A stretch of DNA of 64,000 nucleotides, taken from the NCBI RefSeq assembly GCF_001194135.2, contig NC_068990.1, positions 1,788,634-1,852,633 of the forward strand, in the 5' to 3' direction. Positions 28,957 through 40,773 of this stretch are shown one piece after another. Source of the DNA: Octopus bimaculoides (taxonomy: Eukaryota). The number at the start of each line of letters is the position of its first letter. The stretch's first letter is position 1. Position numbers and translations under genes: made by a program. The notes beneath the pieces are model-generated. The model was not told the origin of the DNA. It did not search any database and worked only from the letters and a program-made list of their open reading frames with translations.

Positions 28957-29749
28957 GTCCCAGCTGTTACTTGTAGACATAGAGTGAGTTGGAGCAGTGT
29001 AAAATGAAAGTGTTCTGCTCTGGAGCAAAATGTGCTGCTTGATCAAGGAACTGAAAGCATGACCTTATGATCATGAATCAAGCTGTAGGCCATGCACTTT
29101 TACTATTCTTACTTCGATGTATTAAAAAAAAAAATTTTTCTTGCCTCGGGCCCTAAACTCATAATGGAATCATAGAGAACTACTATTGTTTTTATACTCC
29201 ATTTCATAATTATTTTAAGTTTGCATTTTGATGCTGTGTGCATTAAATATATTAACATTAGCTTTAGTCTGTTATACTGATAAGCATCAAAAGATATATC
29301 TGAAAACATAAATTATAAGAAGCCAAACTAGTAGAGTTTTTTTAATTTCATTTTTAGTTTTTTAATGTACCATAAAGATGAAAAATAAAAATCTTAAGAA
29401 ACAGGAAGAACACATGGGAAACATAAACTACGTATTTTCGAAAAAAATTTTCTTCATCTCATAAGAGTAAATTCTTTGAATAAGATGAATAAGATGAAAA
29501 TGATCTTCAAAAACTGAACTACTTTCCCTAAAAAATTAAATTATATATATATTATATGGTTGTTGACATTTATGGTTCTTAATACGTGTTCAGTTTTGAA
29601 CTTAGAACCATTATGTGAGTTTAGAAAGCACTTTATTTGGAAAGAGGATGAGAGAGATGAGGGAGAGAGTGATGGCTATAGACATAAAGTGGAGCAATAG
29701 TAGATATAATTTGAAGCAATAAAGCAAACATTTTGTTTAAATGAAAGAT

Positions 29750-29970
29750 CATTGAACCTCCCTGAGAGTCATTTCAGTGGTTTTGTAATCTGCTGGAAAC
29801 AGCAACTGAATTACCGTCACATCATATTCTCTGTCTAAAAAAAAAGCACAAATTGGGCAGTGCTGAGTTGGATGTACAAACAATGACATTGTCACAGCTG
29901 GAATGGGATGCTTTAGATCTTAGGTCTACTGGAATTGGGTTGGTTTTGGAGTTAAACAACATAAACAACC
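29750..29970 (+). mobile_element. Old SINE-like family E with (AAC)n tail
   Basis: Shared module ...gctggaatgggatgctttagatcttaggtctac...ttaaacaac. Related copies at about 940-1180(-), 11795-11975(-), 34200-34330(-), 34850-35070(-). Confidence 0.55.
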
Positions 29971-30220
29971 CCCCCCCCCCAAAAAAAAAAACAAACAAAA
30001 AAAAAGGGCAACAGTTATAACAAGAACAATGTTGGAGGAAGAGTTGACAGAACTAAGTTTTAGCATTCTATGATCTACTCCAGATAGAGGAAAACTAATG
30101 ACAACCCACCCAATTATACACATATGCATACACACTCACTCATACATGCATAAACACATATACCTGCATACATGTATGTATACATACATATATAAATATA
30201 TGTGCCTTTGTATGTGTGTG

Positions 30221-30280
<60 letters not shown>

Positions 30281-30391
30281 CACACACATACAAAGGCATA
30301 TATATATGTGCTTTTCTTTTTCAATATGTAACCACTTGTGCATCGTTGGCGATTTTCTTTCTCAGTCTTCTCTTCTTTGGACTTTTTCTAT

Positions 30392-30426
30392 ATTTTCGAT
30401 GAAGAGCTCCGCTCGAAATGTGAAAT
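30392..30426 (+). ncRNA. Decayed hammerhead-like motif (same family as 1598)
   Basis: ATTT-TCGATGA-A-GAGC-TCC-GCTC-GAAA-TGT-G-AAAT. Stems I and II are intact. Confidence 0.6.
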
Positions 30427-31417
30427 CCTCTTTCTATTCTTTCCTTTCCTGAGCGTCCACTAACACAGTACTTGTTCCACATCCTTGGGTTGTGAGTTCC
30501 ACATCCAAGAGGTTGTGAGTTAAAATCCTGGACCAGGTTTCGCGTTCTTGATCAAGGCACTTTATTTCACGTTGCTCCAGTTTACTCGTCTGTAGAAATG
30601 AGTTGCGATGTCACTGGTACCAAGCTGTATTGGCCTTTGCCTTTTCCTTGGATAACATCGGTGACATGAAGAGGGGAGGCTGGTATGCATAGGCGACTGC
30701 TGGTCTTCCAAAAACAACCTTACCTGGACTTGTGCCTCGGAGGGTACCATTTTAGGTGCAATCCCATGGTCATTCATGACCAAAAGGGGGTCTCTGATAT
30801 ATATATATATATATATGAGGAAAAGGGATTAAATAAATCCAAGTGAATGCTTGTTTAAGCACTCTGTGGAAATTGAAAAGCCTGGCTAACTAAATTGCCT
30901 CGGTGTTATTATGGCAATCTGTGTATGTTGTTATTCTTTTCTTGTGACAGACACAGTTTATAAATCTGATGCAGAACACCAGTTAAATTTGGTATATTAA
31001 TCACAAAGTATATTAGCAAAAAAAACATATAGAATGAAAATGCATTATCAATAATTTATCTATCTTACACATGTTTCGATTAGCTTGACACAATGCAAGT
31101 GCTGTACATTGCAGTATGCATATTTAATCAATTTTTCATTTGATTAATGAAATTGCCAAAGATACAGAGCATGTAGCTGTCAAAATGCTTCTGCTAAATT
31201 TTGTATACATTGAGATATTGTGGAAGGGGTTTATAAACAATAAATTCCAGACTACTGTCTCCATTTTATTGTCAAGTAGTCATGTCATGAGCAAGGAGAT
31301 GTATCTTTAGCAGATGCTCTTAGTTTAATGATTGCATGTAGTTGTATGTATCTTGTCAAGATAGAATTGTAACTTAATCTGTGATGTTAAGTGCAACTTA
31401 ATTAATAGTAGAAGACA

Positions 31418-31460
<43 letters not shown>

Positions 31461-32769
31461 TGGCACCTCCAGCACTTGGGCTGTTTGGGCTTAACCCAAG
31501 TATAAATTTAGTAGAGTGAACATGTATTTGCAAGCTGATTTAATTTCTGCCAACACTGACTTCGAGTATGTCATTGCAGCCAATAACTCAGGCTCCTTTT
31601 ATTGAGCCTGGTCGCAGTTCATTTACTTTTGTTCAGCATCTGTTAGTTGTCTTAGAGGTGCCCTGCATCAAAAAATATCATTTGTAGCAGACATTCTCTC
31701 CACATCATTCACACACACCTGACATTATAGAAGTTATAGCAGAAGTTACAGCCCGAGTTGTTATCTATAATCATAGAAATTAAAAGTAATTCAAATTCAA
31801 TGTTTTCTTGAAACAATAAATTTCTATAGAGATTAGAATTTAAATTCCAATCGATGAAAGGTTACTGTTTGTCAGGCAACATGCTGTGCTTGAGAAGACC
31901 TATTGAGTCAAGTAAAATTGAAATCAAAATGGAAATCGCAGTTGTGGCCAGTGCCAGTGCCACTTGATGAGCACCCATCTTGGTGGCACATAATAAGCAC
32001 CATTCAAGTGTCAGTCGATGCCAGTGCTGCCTGACTGGCTCCCATGCTGCTGGTATGTAAAGAGCACCATCCGAATGTGGTCAATGCCAGTGCCTCCTGA
32101 CTGGCTCCTCTGCTGGTGGCATGTATAAAGCACCATCTGAATGTGGGCCCTTAAATCACTCATTTTCCTCTGAAATTATTAACAATTTTTTTAAAACCGA
32201 AAATGTTTCTCTCACAGGTTTTAAGTGCATAGTGAAAAAAAAGGGTCAAAATCGTTTCGAGCTGGGGTGGTGAGAGGGTGGCAGGAGTGAAAAAAATTTT
32301 CAGAATTTTTTTTTTCTTTCGTCAAAAGATGCCTCCCATCATTCTGAAGACTTTGGTGGAAAACATTGGAAAAAATCCTTGTCAAAAACGGAGAAATTTG
32401 AACTTATGTGGGCTGTCTGATACAAAACTCTATTTTCCAGAAATTCTACCTCCTACCCGCTTTCAAAAATTTTGCCCACAAATTTCTTTGTAATCATAAT
32501 CTACACCGTTTGAAAGATAATTATATAAAATTTCATTAACAAATACCTATTTTCCAGAAAGTCATGAGGGGGAAAATGTCGGGTCCTGGGAATTTTCTGA
32601 AACTCCTCACCCCCAATCCCTCAAAATGTTTTCCAACAAATCTTTCCATACACTTAATCTACAGGATATAAGTGATTATTTGGTGAAAGTTTCATTAAAA
32701 AGTATTCATTTTTTCTGGAAGTTATGAGGCAACAAAATCAGTGGGGTACTAAACTGTACATATACTTTT

Positions 32770-32908
32770 TTTCAATAAAAGTTGATGTTAACAGATTAAC
32801 ATTAACTTCTATTACATTTTCAAAGAATTAATGATTAACACAGTTAACTTTTTGGTTAACAGATTAACGATTAACAAAGTTAACTTTGCAATTAACGGTG
32901 CCCACCTC

Positions 32909-32910
<2 letters not shown>
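32770..32910 (-). mobile_element. Solo hAT-like terminus with subterminal TTAAC repeats
   Basis: Minus strand begins cagaggtgggcaccgttaat, followed by about 10 ttaac/gttaac motifs. No partner end was seen. Confidence 0.45.
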
Positions 32911-32966
<56 letters not shown>

Positions 32967-34561
32967 TTGCAATGACTTTGAATATAAGTCTTATTCAGGA
33001 TCGGCCTAGAACTAAACAACAACATTTATGTCTATGGACCCAGGGTCATTGTAAAGTAGGTGTCTTTGCAATTGAGAGACTGCAGCAAAGGGGACAAAAT
33101 ATGATGTATTGATGCCCGAGTAACGTGACATCAAACACTCCATTAATTTGATTGTGTTTTTCCTGTCTATCCATTTGATAATGAACATTAGAAGCTGGAT
33201 AAGGGATAGTGGATGCTCATATGTCTAGCACATGCTCACACACGACTACATATAAGTAATGCTAATAATATTGATTCTAAATTTTAATATCTATGAATTG
33301 GTCACATTCGGTTCAGTCATGTTTTTAACTAAAATAAGACATCAATGGGAAAATATATAAAAGAAAATGTTAAGTTAATATTGAAACCAAATATCAAAAG
33401 ACAAGCATTGAATGATGCCTGTCTATGGACAGAGATGAAAGTGTAGAAAAATAGAAAAAGGAAATCTAAAACAAAAAAAGAACTTGATGCCAGAATTGAA
33501 CATTTCATAGAAATGATATAGTGTTATGATTAAGTGTTTCCACAGAAGTTGCTATGACAACAAGCTGATTCATATTTTTTGGTTAGCAATAGTTCTTAAA
33601 ATATTTAATATTTCATTACATAATCAAATTTGAAGAAGAAACTTTGATAATGTTAAAGTGTAAAAGCATAAAATGTGTTTACAGCCAAAAGGGATGAGAG
33701 TCATAATTATCTGGTTGGCCAAGGTTGGGTTAATTTGGTACAATCAGGAGACATTTTGGTGAAGAACAATCCATTAATTAATGGTATTGTATGGTAAGTT
33801 CTGTTGTTTGTGGATGGTGAGGTAGAGGTGATCTTAACTTCTCAGACACTGATTTATACTTTTGCAAAGAAGCATTACATTTCATACTAACTCCAGCTGT
33901 ATGAAAAGCGGTTTATCTATAACTACTGAGATTTTTCTGTCTAATACTGAAATGTCATCAAATATTCTAGATGACTCTGTTATTATATGAAGTGTATGAG
34001 AATGACTAATGGCAGATCGCCAAGTTGGCAAGGAACCAGAGATCAGTGGCTTGTAACCTTCACACTTTTCTCTGTTCATAGCATGACACTTAGCATCGAA
34101 CAGTCCAATTTACAGTCATAAGTAATTACCATAATGGCAATAGTTATATTATGTGGCTGTGGCATAGATATTTCATTTTCAGTCACATAGTCTATGTTAG
34201 CTGTGAGAAACTTATTGTTTATTCAGGTCAATGGGCTTATGATTAAAGATGCTCTAACCATGATCCTTTGATCTGTTGTTTCGAGCATAGGCTATCTAGG
34301 ACATAAAACAGTGGGCAGGCAAGCAATTGTCTGCATTTTCTTCTGTCAGCCACTACTGAGATGGATCTCATCACACCATGCTTGAAATTCCTATCCTCCA
34401 TGATCTTTAGCAGATCCTTAATTACATATTATGTATACCTGCCAATAATAGCATCAATGTCATTGAGAAGGACATACATGACATCTCAAATGGCATCTCA
34501 AATGTAATATACAGCAACAATCTACTTAGCTGTAAATAACTTGTTATTCTTTAGATTTAGG

Positions 34562-34667
34562 TCAGCTGCATCCAATTGGACCTCTGATCAGCTGCATCCA
34601 ATTGGACCTCTGATCAGCTGCATCCAATTGGACCTCTGATCAGCTGCATCCAATTGGACCTCTGATC
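34562..34667. repeat. Four perfect copies of a 26-bp unit tcagctgcatccaattggacctctga
   Basis: Exact tandem copies start at 34562, 34588, 34614 and 34640. Confidence 0.98.
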
Positions 34668-35309
34668 TATGACTATGCCATCCTTTTTTTCTAAGCACTG
34701 TGTGTCTACAATGTAAAACTGTGGATGGATGACCAGCCTGTGTGCCATCTGCTGAGAACAGCCCTAAACTGATTACAGAAGTAAGCATTCATCAAGGAAA
34801 TTGCTTTGATCTGATGGCATGAGAAAGCAGAGAGACAGAGTTACTTTTACTGGCTTGTGGTAGTATTAGTAATTAACCTCAGGTAAAACCAGTAAATCTA
34901 TAATCAAAGGTGTTTTAACCATGACCATTTCACTAATTTTTTTAGACACATACTATCATCTAGGACTAAATTATCAAATTTCTCCTTTCTTACTAAGATA
35001 GTGGGTGGCTGTGATTGAGGGGGATTTTGTTGCTATTTCTAGAATGTTGAACAACCATGTAAAAACTTTGAAAGGCTTAGTTGTACATAGCATGACAGGA
35101 TAGAGCCTAACATTGTGGCATCCATTGTAAGATCTATTACAATTAAACCCTATATGTGTTATTTTGTGGTGATGATTTAAATAATCTCAGGGCTACAAAT
35201 ATACTGGCATGGTATCGTGTATGAAAGTTGTGTCCCAACTGCTTCAAACCACGAAAGCAGCTGTGACAAAGATGGATCCATTTGTGGTAAAATTATCTTG
35301 CATAGTTGC

Positions 35310-35640
35310 ATAGTATCCTGTGAAGATGAGTGTGCACTACTTCATGCAATGGAAACAGCTGTGATATGGTTAAAAGCACTTGTATGCAGAAATTTGCCAT
35401 AATTGTGTCAGAGGAGAAGAAATTTCTGTCTGCCTTATATTGTTCAGTTTTCTTTGCTATAAATTGGTATTGCAAAATAAAATCAGCAACAACACAATAA
35501 AACCGTGGGCTAATTGGCTCCAATTCTCCAAGGTAACATTGCTTAGATATCTAAAACCTTGACTGATGTCGTCAATCTCACCTCCAAGTTTCATTTGGTT
35601 TTGACTGCTGTCAGTACTTTATGTAGGAAACATGTGGCAT
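35310..35640 (+). mobile_element. Possible ancient RTE-like reverse-transcriptase remnant
   Basis: Frameshifted pieces EDECALLH, CRNFAIIVSEEKK and VNLTSKFHLVLTAVSTL loosely echo YADDCALLAH, CRNFGLTISLKKT and I.L.TK.K.Y.A.V.STLLY. Confidence 0.3.
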
Positions 35641-38548
35641 ATTTGCAGAGGTGATATGTTACTGTGGGTTACTGTATTTGTTGATTGAAACATTGATTTT
35701 GTGTATATTATCTTTAACACCTTTTTTTAATAATTTCTGTTAGGAGAGAGAAGGAGGGAGAGAGAGAGAGAAGTGAGGTGCAGGCAGATAGAGAAAGGTT
35801 CGAAGTAGATGTTGTTGAACGTATATTTAATATTTGAGTTTTGGTTGCCTTAGGCTACTACAGTATATTCCGACGATAGCAAAGATAATTTAACAAAACT
35901 GAGATTTTTTTTCTCCCATATTTTCATGCAGGAATTTTATGTATAATATTACATATATGTTATTTTTCACATTTCTCTTGTGTGTAGGTAATAGTTTTAC
36001 TACATTAGTTCACACGTCTCACTCAATCAAACTTTTCTTGAAAAATGAAAACCAACAAAATAAATATGTAAATGATTTTATTCTACGTAGTCAAATGTGA
36101 TCAGAGAACAGAATATAATTGCAAGACAGCATTGCCTGAAATAAAATATTTAGCATATTCAAAGACCTAGTCTTCAGTGAGATTCCAGCTGTACAACAGA
36201 AACTGATATTAATAATGATTTTTAGCAAAGACACAGGGACCGATATTTGATGATAGGGGTTTAGTAAATTATATGAATCCCAGTAATTTATTGGTGTCAT
36301 ATGTCATCAATATTGGAAGGATGAAAGGCAAAAATGGCCTCAGCAGGAATTGTTTGCAGAACATGAAGAGGCAAAACAAATACTGCAAGAGATTGTTTCT
36401 GATTCTATAATGATTCTTTCACTTTTCTAATAATTGTTTCTAAGATGGGCAGAAAACCTGAAATCTAGGGGAAGGAGTTCATTGATTAAATCAACTCCAA
36501 TTACTGACTGGCACTTTATTTCATTGATCCCAGTAGGAAGAAAAGCAAAGGTGACCAAGCCATGATTTGAACTCAGAACAAAATGAATCATAAACCAATT
36601 AAATTGATGGACTCCCTTGCTGAAACTGGCAGATGAGGGATCTACAATTTCTTGCTGAACAACCTGTGTAGATGATTTTTCTATAGTGATCAAATGCTGT
36701 ACATTAGCTCCCTCCTGCCATCAGATTCACTCTGCTTGTACATGTGCACAATATGCCACATGGCAGATGTTGATGATCGATCACAGAGCAATGTGAAGTG
36801 GAGTGTTTTGCTCAAGAACACAATGCACCATGAGTTCCTGGGATAGAAGCCATGATCTTGCAATCATGAGTGCAACAACCTAATCACTATGTCACACTGT
36901 CAGGTCAAGCTTTTCTGGAAGTTGTCTATAGTCCGCAAACTCAAAATCATTTGAATTGACTGCTAGATTAATTTTCATTGATGGCATGAGTTTCTCTGAA
37001 AATATCTTTCCTTATTTACGCCACAAATTTCTATGAATGCAATGACTGACACACTACTGACCAACAATACATATTTTTGATACCCAATCTTGATTTCATT
37101 TGACTCAACGATGTAGTTCTGTCAAAGAAATGTGCAGTGGAAAAGCAAGTCACGCAAATCATGTCCACTTACCATCAAGGAACAACTACAGATGCAACAT
37201 CTTCAGCTTATGCTGGAGATTTCTTAGTTTGGAATTATGAAGCCTACCATGTTGAGCAGGATTGACACAGAAGCAAGTGCACACATGCATGCAAGTACAC
37301 ACACACACACACATGCACAATGGGATTCTTTCAGTTTCCATCTACCATTTCTACTCACAAGGAATGATTGGTTCAGTGCTGTATAAGAAGCCATTTGTCC
37401 AAAGTGCTGCACAGTGAGACTGAACATTAAACCATGTTGTTGCGAAGTGAACTTTTTTAACTATACAGCAAGGTATGTGTGTGTCTTTGTGTGTACATGT
37501 GTGTGTGTGTGTGTGTGTTCGAGCTTAAATCATTAATGTTCTTTGGTGAGACTTAAAGGCCATTAACATAATTTTAGATATTACATACAATCAATGAGTA
37601 TATTCTAAGTATAATAAACAAATGCGTTCACCTTGTGACTCTAAGTGTTAGTGTGTGTGTGTGTATTTGCATTTGTTTCTATGTATATATGTGCATGAGT
37701 CTCTTACTCTCTATGTATATATGTGCATGAGTCTCTTACTCTCTGTCTCTATTAGCATGAACATGAATGAAGTTATCTCCTCAACACAACGACGGTGTTA
37801 TGTGCATCTCCTTTCGAGTGGACGAATATTTTTTATGGCTTTCTAAGGATATTTATTTACGTAATTCCACTGAGAAGCTCTATCATTTTTTTTCTTTGAA
37901 CTTTATTCACTGTGTCAGCAAATCACTAAAAAGAAATTGTTTCTGAAGGGCTTGCTTGGAAGTGCCATTCCTGAAAGTTGACCAAGATAAGAGAACTTGG
38001 CAGAAATGGTAAATTTCTTCAAATAAATCCCTTTACCCTACATCAGTCAGTTTGGTAATGTAGTGCAGAAAGAATTAGTGGTGATAGAAGCATTTTTTTT
38101 TGTTTTTTGTTTTATTTTTTATTAGTCCATTTTATTTAATTTTTGTATATTTATTCCTTTATGGCTAAGGACATTTACCTCCAAATAGAAAACAGTATAA
38201 AGAAAGAAGTAAATTTGATCTTTCAACTCATTAGCTGCTTATATAATTATCAGCTGGTGGTTTTAAAAATCTTCCATAGAAAGCTTAAAAGGTTTGGGAG
38301 AAAAACTGGTGCAGCCATAAATGGCTGCATAGATAAAAAAAGTTTGGTTTGCATCCATGCGTTCTGGGTTTGAACCTACTATGTGACAGCTTGGGAATGA
38401 CTTCTTATCTTCTTAGTTCAACCCAGCCAAAGCCATCTGAGTGAAATTTAGTTTAAAGAAAACTGAAAACTGCACACTGATATCTCATAAATATTTACAT
38501 AGCCACTATGACTTTTTCTATTTTCTCTCCCTGTTTATTTATGTGTTC

Positions 38549-38590
38549 CTTTCTGTCAAAGAGTGTAGGCTCGAAACGTAATGTAAAAGA
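38549..38590 (+). ncRNA. Decayed hammerhead-like motif
   Basis: CTTT-CTGTCAA-A-GAGT-GTAG-GCTC-GAAA-CGT-A then atgtaaaag. The core is altered and stem I is displaced by a short insertion. Confidence 0.5.
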
Positions 38591-38737
38591 CTTTCTCACT
38601 TCCCGAACGTTAAACTAATACATCTGTTTGTTGTTTACACACCTGTCTTCATCTTTTGTTTTTTTGTAAATTCTCACTATATATATATATGGAAAACAGA
38701 CAAAGTAGAAAATGCTAAAATACTTTTATAAAGAACA

Positions 38738-38779
38738 TTACAGAACCGGTTTCGATCCTTGAGATCTTTTCAACAGTAA
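38738..38779 (-). ncRNA. Type I hammerhead-ribozyme-like motif with U3:A8 core
   Basis: Minus strand TTACTG-TTGAAAA-GATC-TCAAG-GATC-GAA-ACCGGT-T-CTGTAA. Stem I 5/6 paired, stem II 4 bp, palindromic stem III, GUU site. Confidence 0.75.
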
Positions 38780-39159
38780 ATATGAATAATAAATTTTTGA
38801 AAAATTATTGAAAAATTAAATTTTGGTAAATTTAAAAGAAAAGTCTTTTTAAAGACATATTTGTATAGTATTCAAATAACAGGGGCATTTTTCTTGTTTC
38901 TGCCTGTCTCTGTTTCACCTGTTAACTCTTGTGGGTTCAAAGAAGGAGTGCTATGATAGTAGCAGAGTGTTAATTGGTTGGGTATCCTGACATTGACCTG
39001 TTGATGGTCGTAGTGATCTGTATAACACCTACGCAAACATTATAAACAATACAGATCACTGGTCAGTTGAAACATTTGTTTACAAAATATGGTGAATGTT
39101 AGATGATATTAGCCAAAAAGACAAAGAATTTAAAAGATTATTTTTCAAAAAATAACCGT

Positions 39160-39518
39160 GCACTACGTGTATGATGTGAATACAATGAAGCCACTTCAAT
39201 AACAGGGGAACAAGAAGGAATGTGCTTCTTAATACCTTGCATGAAGCTAGCTTTAAATGACTCCAACCTTCCTTTCATTTTGGAATGAGTTCAGTTCCCT
39301 GTAAGGCTGTCCTTCACTCCAATAATAAATAAGGCACTGGGACAGACAACAAAACTGGAATATATTTGCCATATCCTGTATTCAGCCATGTGTTATTTTC
39401 TAGAGCCAGGAAATGATCTGATGCGGCAGTAATAGTAGTTGAGACCAACCGATTAGGGAACTTGGAAGGTAAAACTCTTACAAAAAACACAGTGTATAAA
39501 GAAGTGCTGAGAGAGTAA
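39160..39518 (+). mobile_element. Decayed Helitron Pif1-like helicase C-terminal coding fragment
   Basis: EATSITGEQEGMCFLIPCMKLALNDSNLPFILE*VQFPVRLSFTPIINKALGQT, then a frameshift to KTGIYLPYPVFSHVLFSRARK*SDAAVIVVETNRLGNLEGKTLTKNTVYKEVLRE*. Matches the consensus QFPVRLAFAMTINKSQGQT..VG.YL..PVFSHGQLYVA.SR...T.N.VYKEVL. Confidence 0.9.
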
Positions 39519-40317
39519 ATCTAGAATTTTATTAATCTCATGTATTTGTGTGCCATTCATATTACATTCAGTTCATACAGTTTGTAAAGTATTTTCTGTG
39601 ATCACATACAATAACTATTTCATACATATTTAAATTATTTCATGTTTTGTGTTTCTCTTTATATGTGTATATCACATACAGTTTGTATAGTCCTGTTTGT
39701 AATGTAGAATGTTTGTATCTAATTCAGTGAGTAAGCTAATGTTTCTTCCTATGTACATATAATCATATGAAATATAGCATGTATATATTTATTTATTTTG
39801 TAAATATGTAATAAAAATTATAAATAATAAACATTTAATCAATATACATGAATGAGTTTAATCTTTTTAACTCATCTTTTATTTCCTTAAACCATAAAGC
39901 ACATCGTATCTGTCAAATGTCAAAAGAGGTAAATAAGCAATACCTTCGAAATTCATTTCAATTATATTTAGAAGCACTGTTTGATTAAATGGCGGGATAT
40001 CAAAAGAATATTTTGAAACTCCTTGCTTGTGTTTAATATACTAACATAATGTTTTCAAATGTTCTGACTTATATCATGGAATTTCTATAGGTCTTGCTAG
40101 TATTTCATAATTTTATTGTGCAAACAGCGTTTATCAAATTCAAGTGTATTAAATAAAAATACAGGTTAAATGAAAGTGAAAACAGTTTTATCTAATTCAA
40201 ATATTATATTGCAATGCATCATAGGGTCTAGGTGTCTCATTTATAATTTTTATAATGTGGCTCTCCACTCATGATAACAGCAAAACTAATTGCATTCCAG
40301 TGCTTTGAGACAACATG

Positions 40318-40773
40318 TGCTTTCTCCAGATGGCCTCTGGTGTTCATCAAGGCCAATTTGAAACACGAAAGTGTATGCAGACTCCAAGGCATATTTGAAA
40401 CTCCTGATGTAGCCATTCTTTTTGTGGACTGTTATCTTGAAGTTTAAGAGTCAAATCAAACTTTGTGCCTAGGAAGATAGTGTTTTCTTTCATAAGCCTT
40501 GTCTCTCTGTGTCATCAAAAAGGTAGTTGCAAAAGTCTTTTGGATATCAGAGTTATACTTTCAGGTGTTCTTCAAAAACTGATTGAATACCTCAGTAGTG
40601 ACAACAAGAATATGTTTTAGGAGTTCAGGTAGATCAGAAAGGACTGGTAGATTAACTTTGTTCATACATCACATTCCATCTGTATTTTGTTTCCATTTCC
40701 TGACTAAGTGCTTGTCAAAAATTTTGGACATAGTACTAGTTGAAATTATTTTATCAGAGTACTGATAGTGTCC
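40318..40773 (-). mobile_element. Decayed Helitron N-terminal (pre-Rep) coding fragment
   Basis: TSTMSKIFDKHLVRKWKQNTDGM*CMNKVNLPVLSDLPELLKHILVVTTEVFNQFLKNT*KYNSDIQ..., and later VHKKNGYIRSFKYALE...DEHQRPSGE. Matches the Helitron pattern M...C..C.A.KW..E..GMCC..GKV.LP.L...PEPL..LL......HF..NIRKYNS and LH..N.YV..FK.ALE...P.GEH. Confidence 0.8.

Noticed and set aside
21100-31150. Half motifs GAAACATGT at about 21110 (-) and 31070 (-)
   Set aside because: Only the 3' half (GAA plus palindromic ACATGT) is present. No CUGANGA lies at a proper position, so they were not counted as hammerheads.
33882-34079. 65-aa minus-strand ORF with natural-looking composition
   Set aside because: No recognisable motif or splice support, and the length is within chance range.
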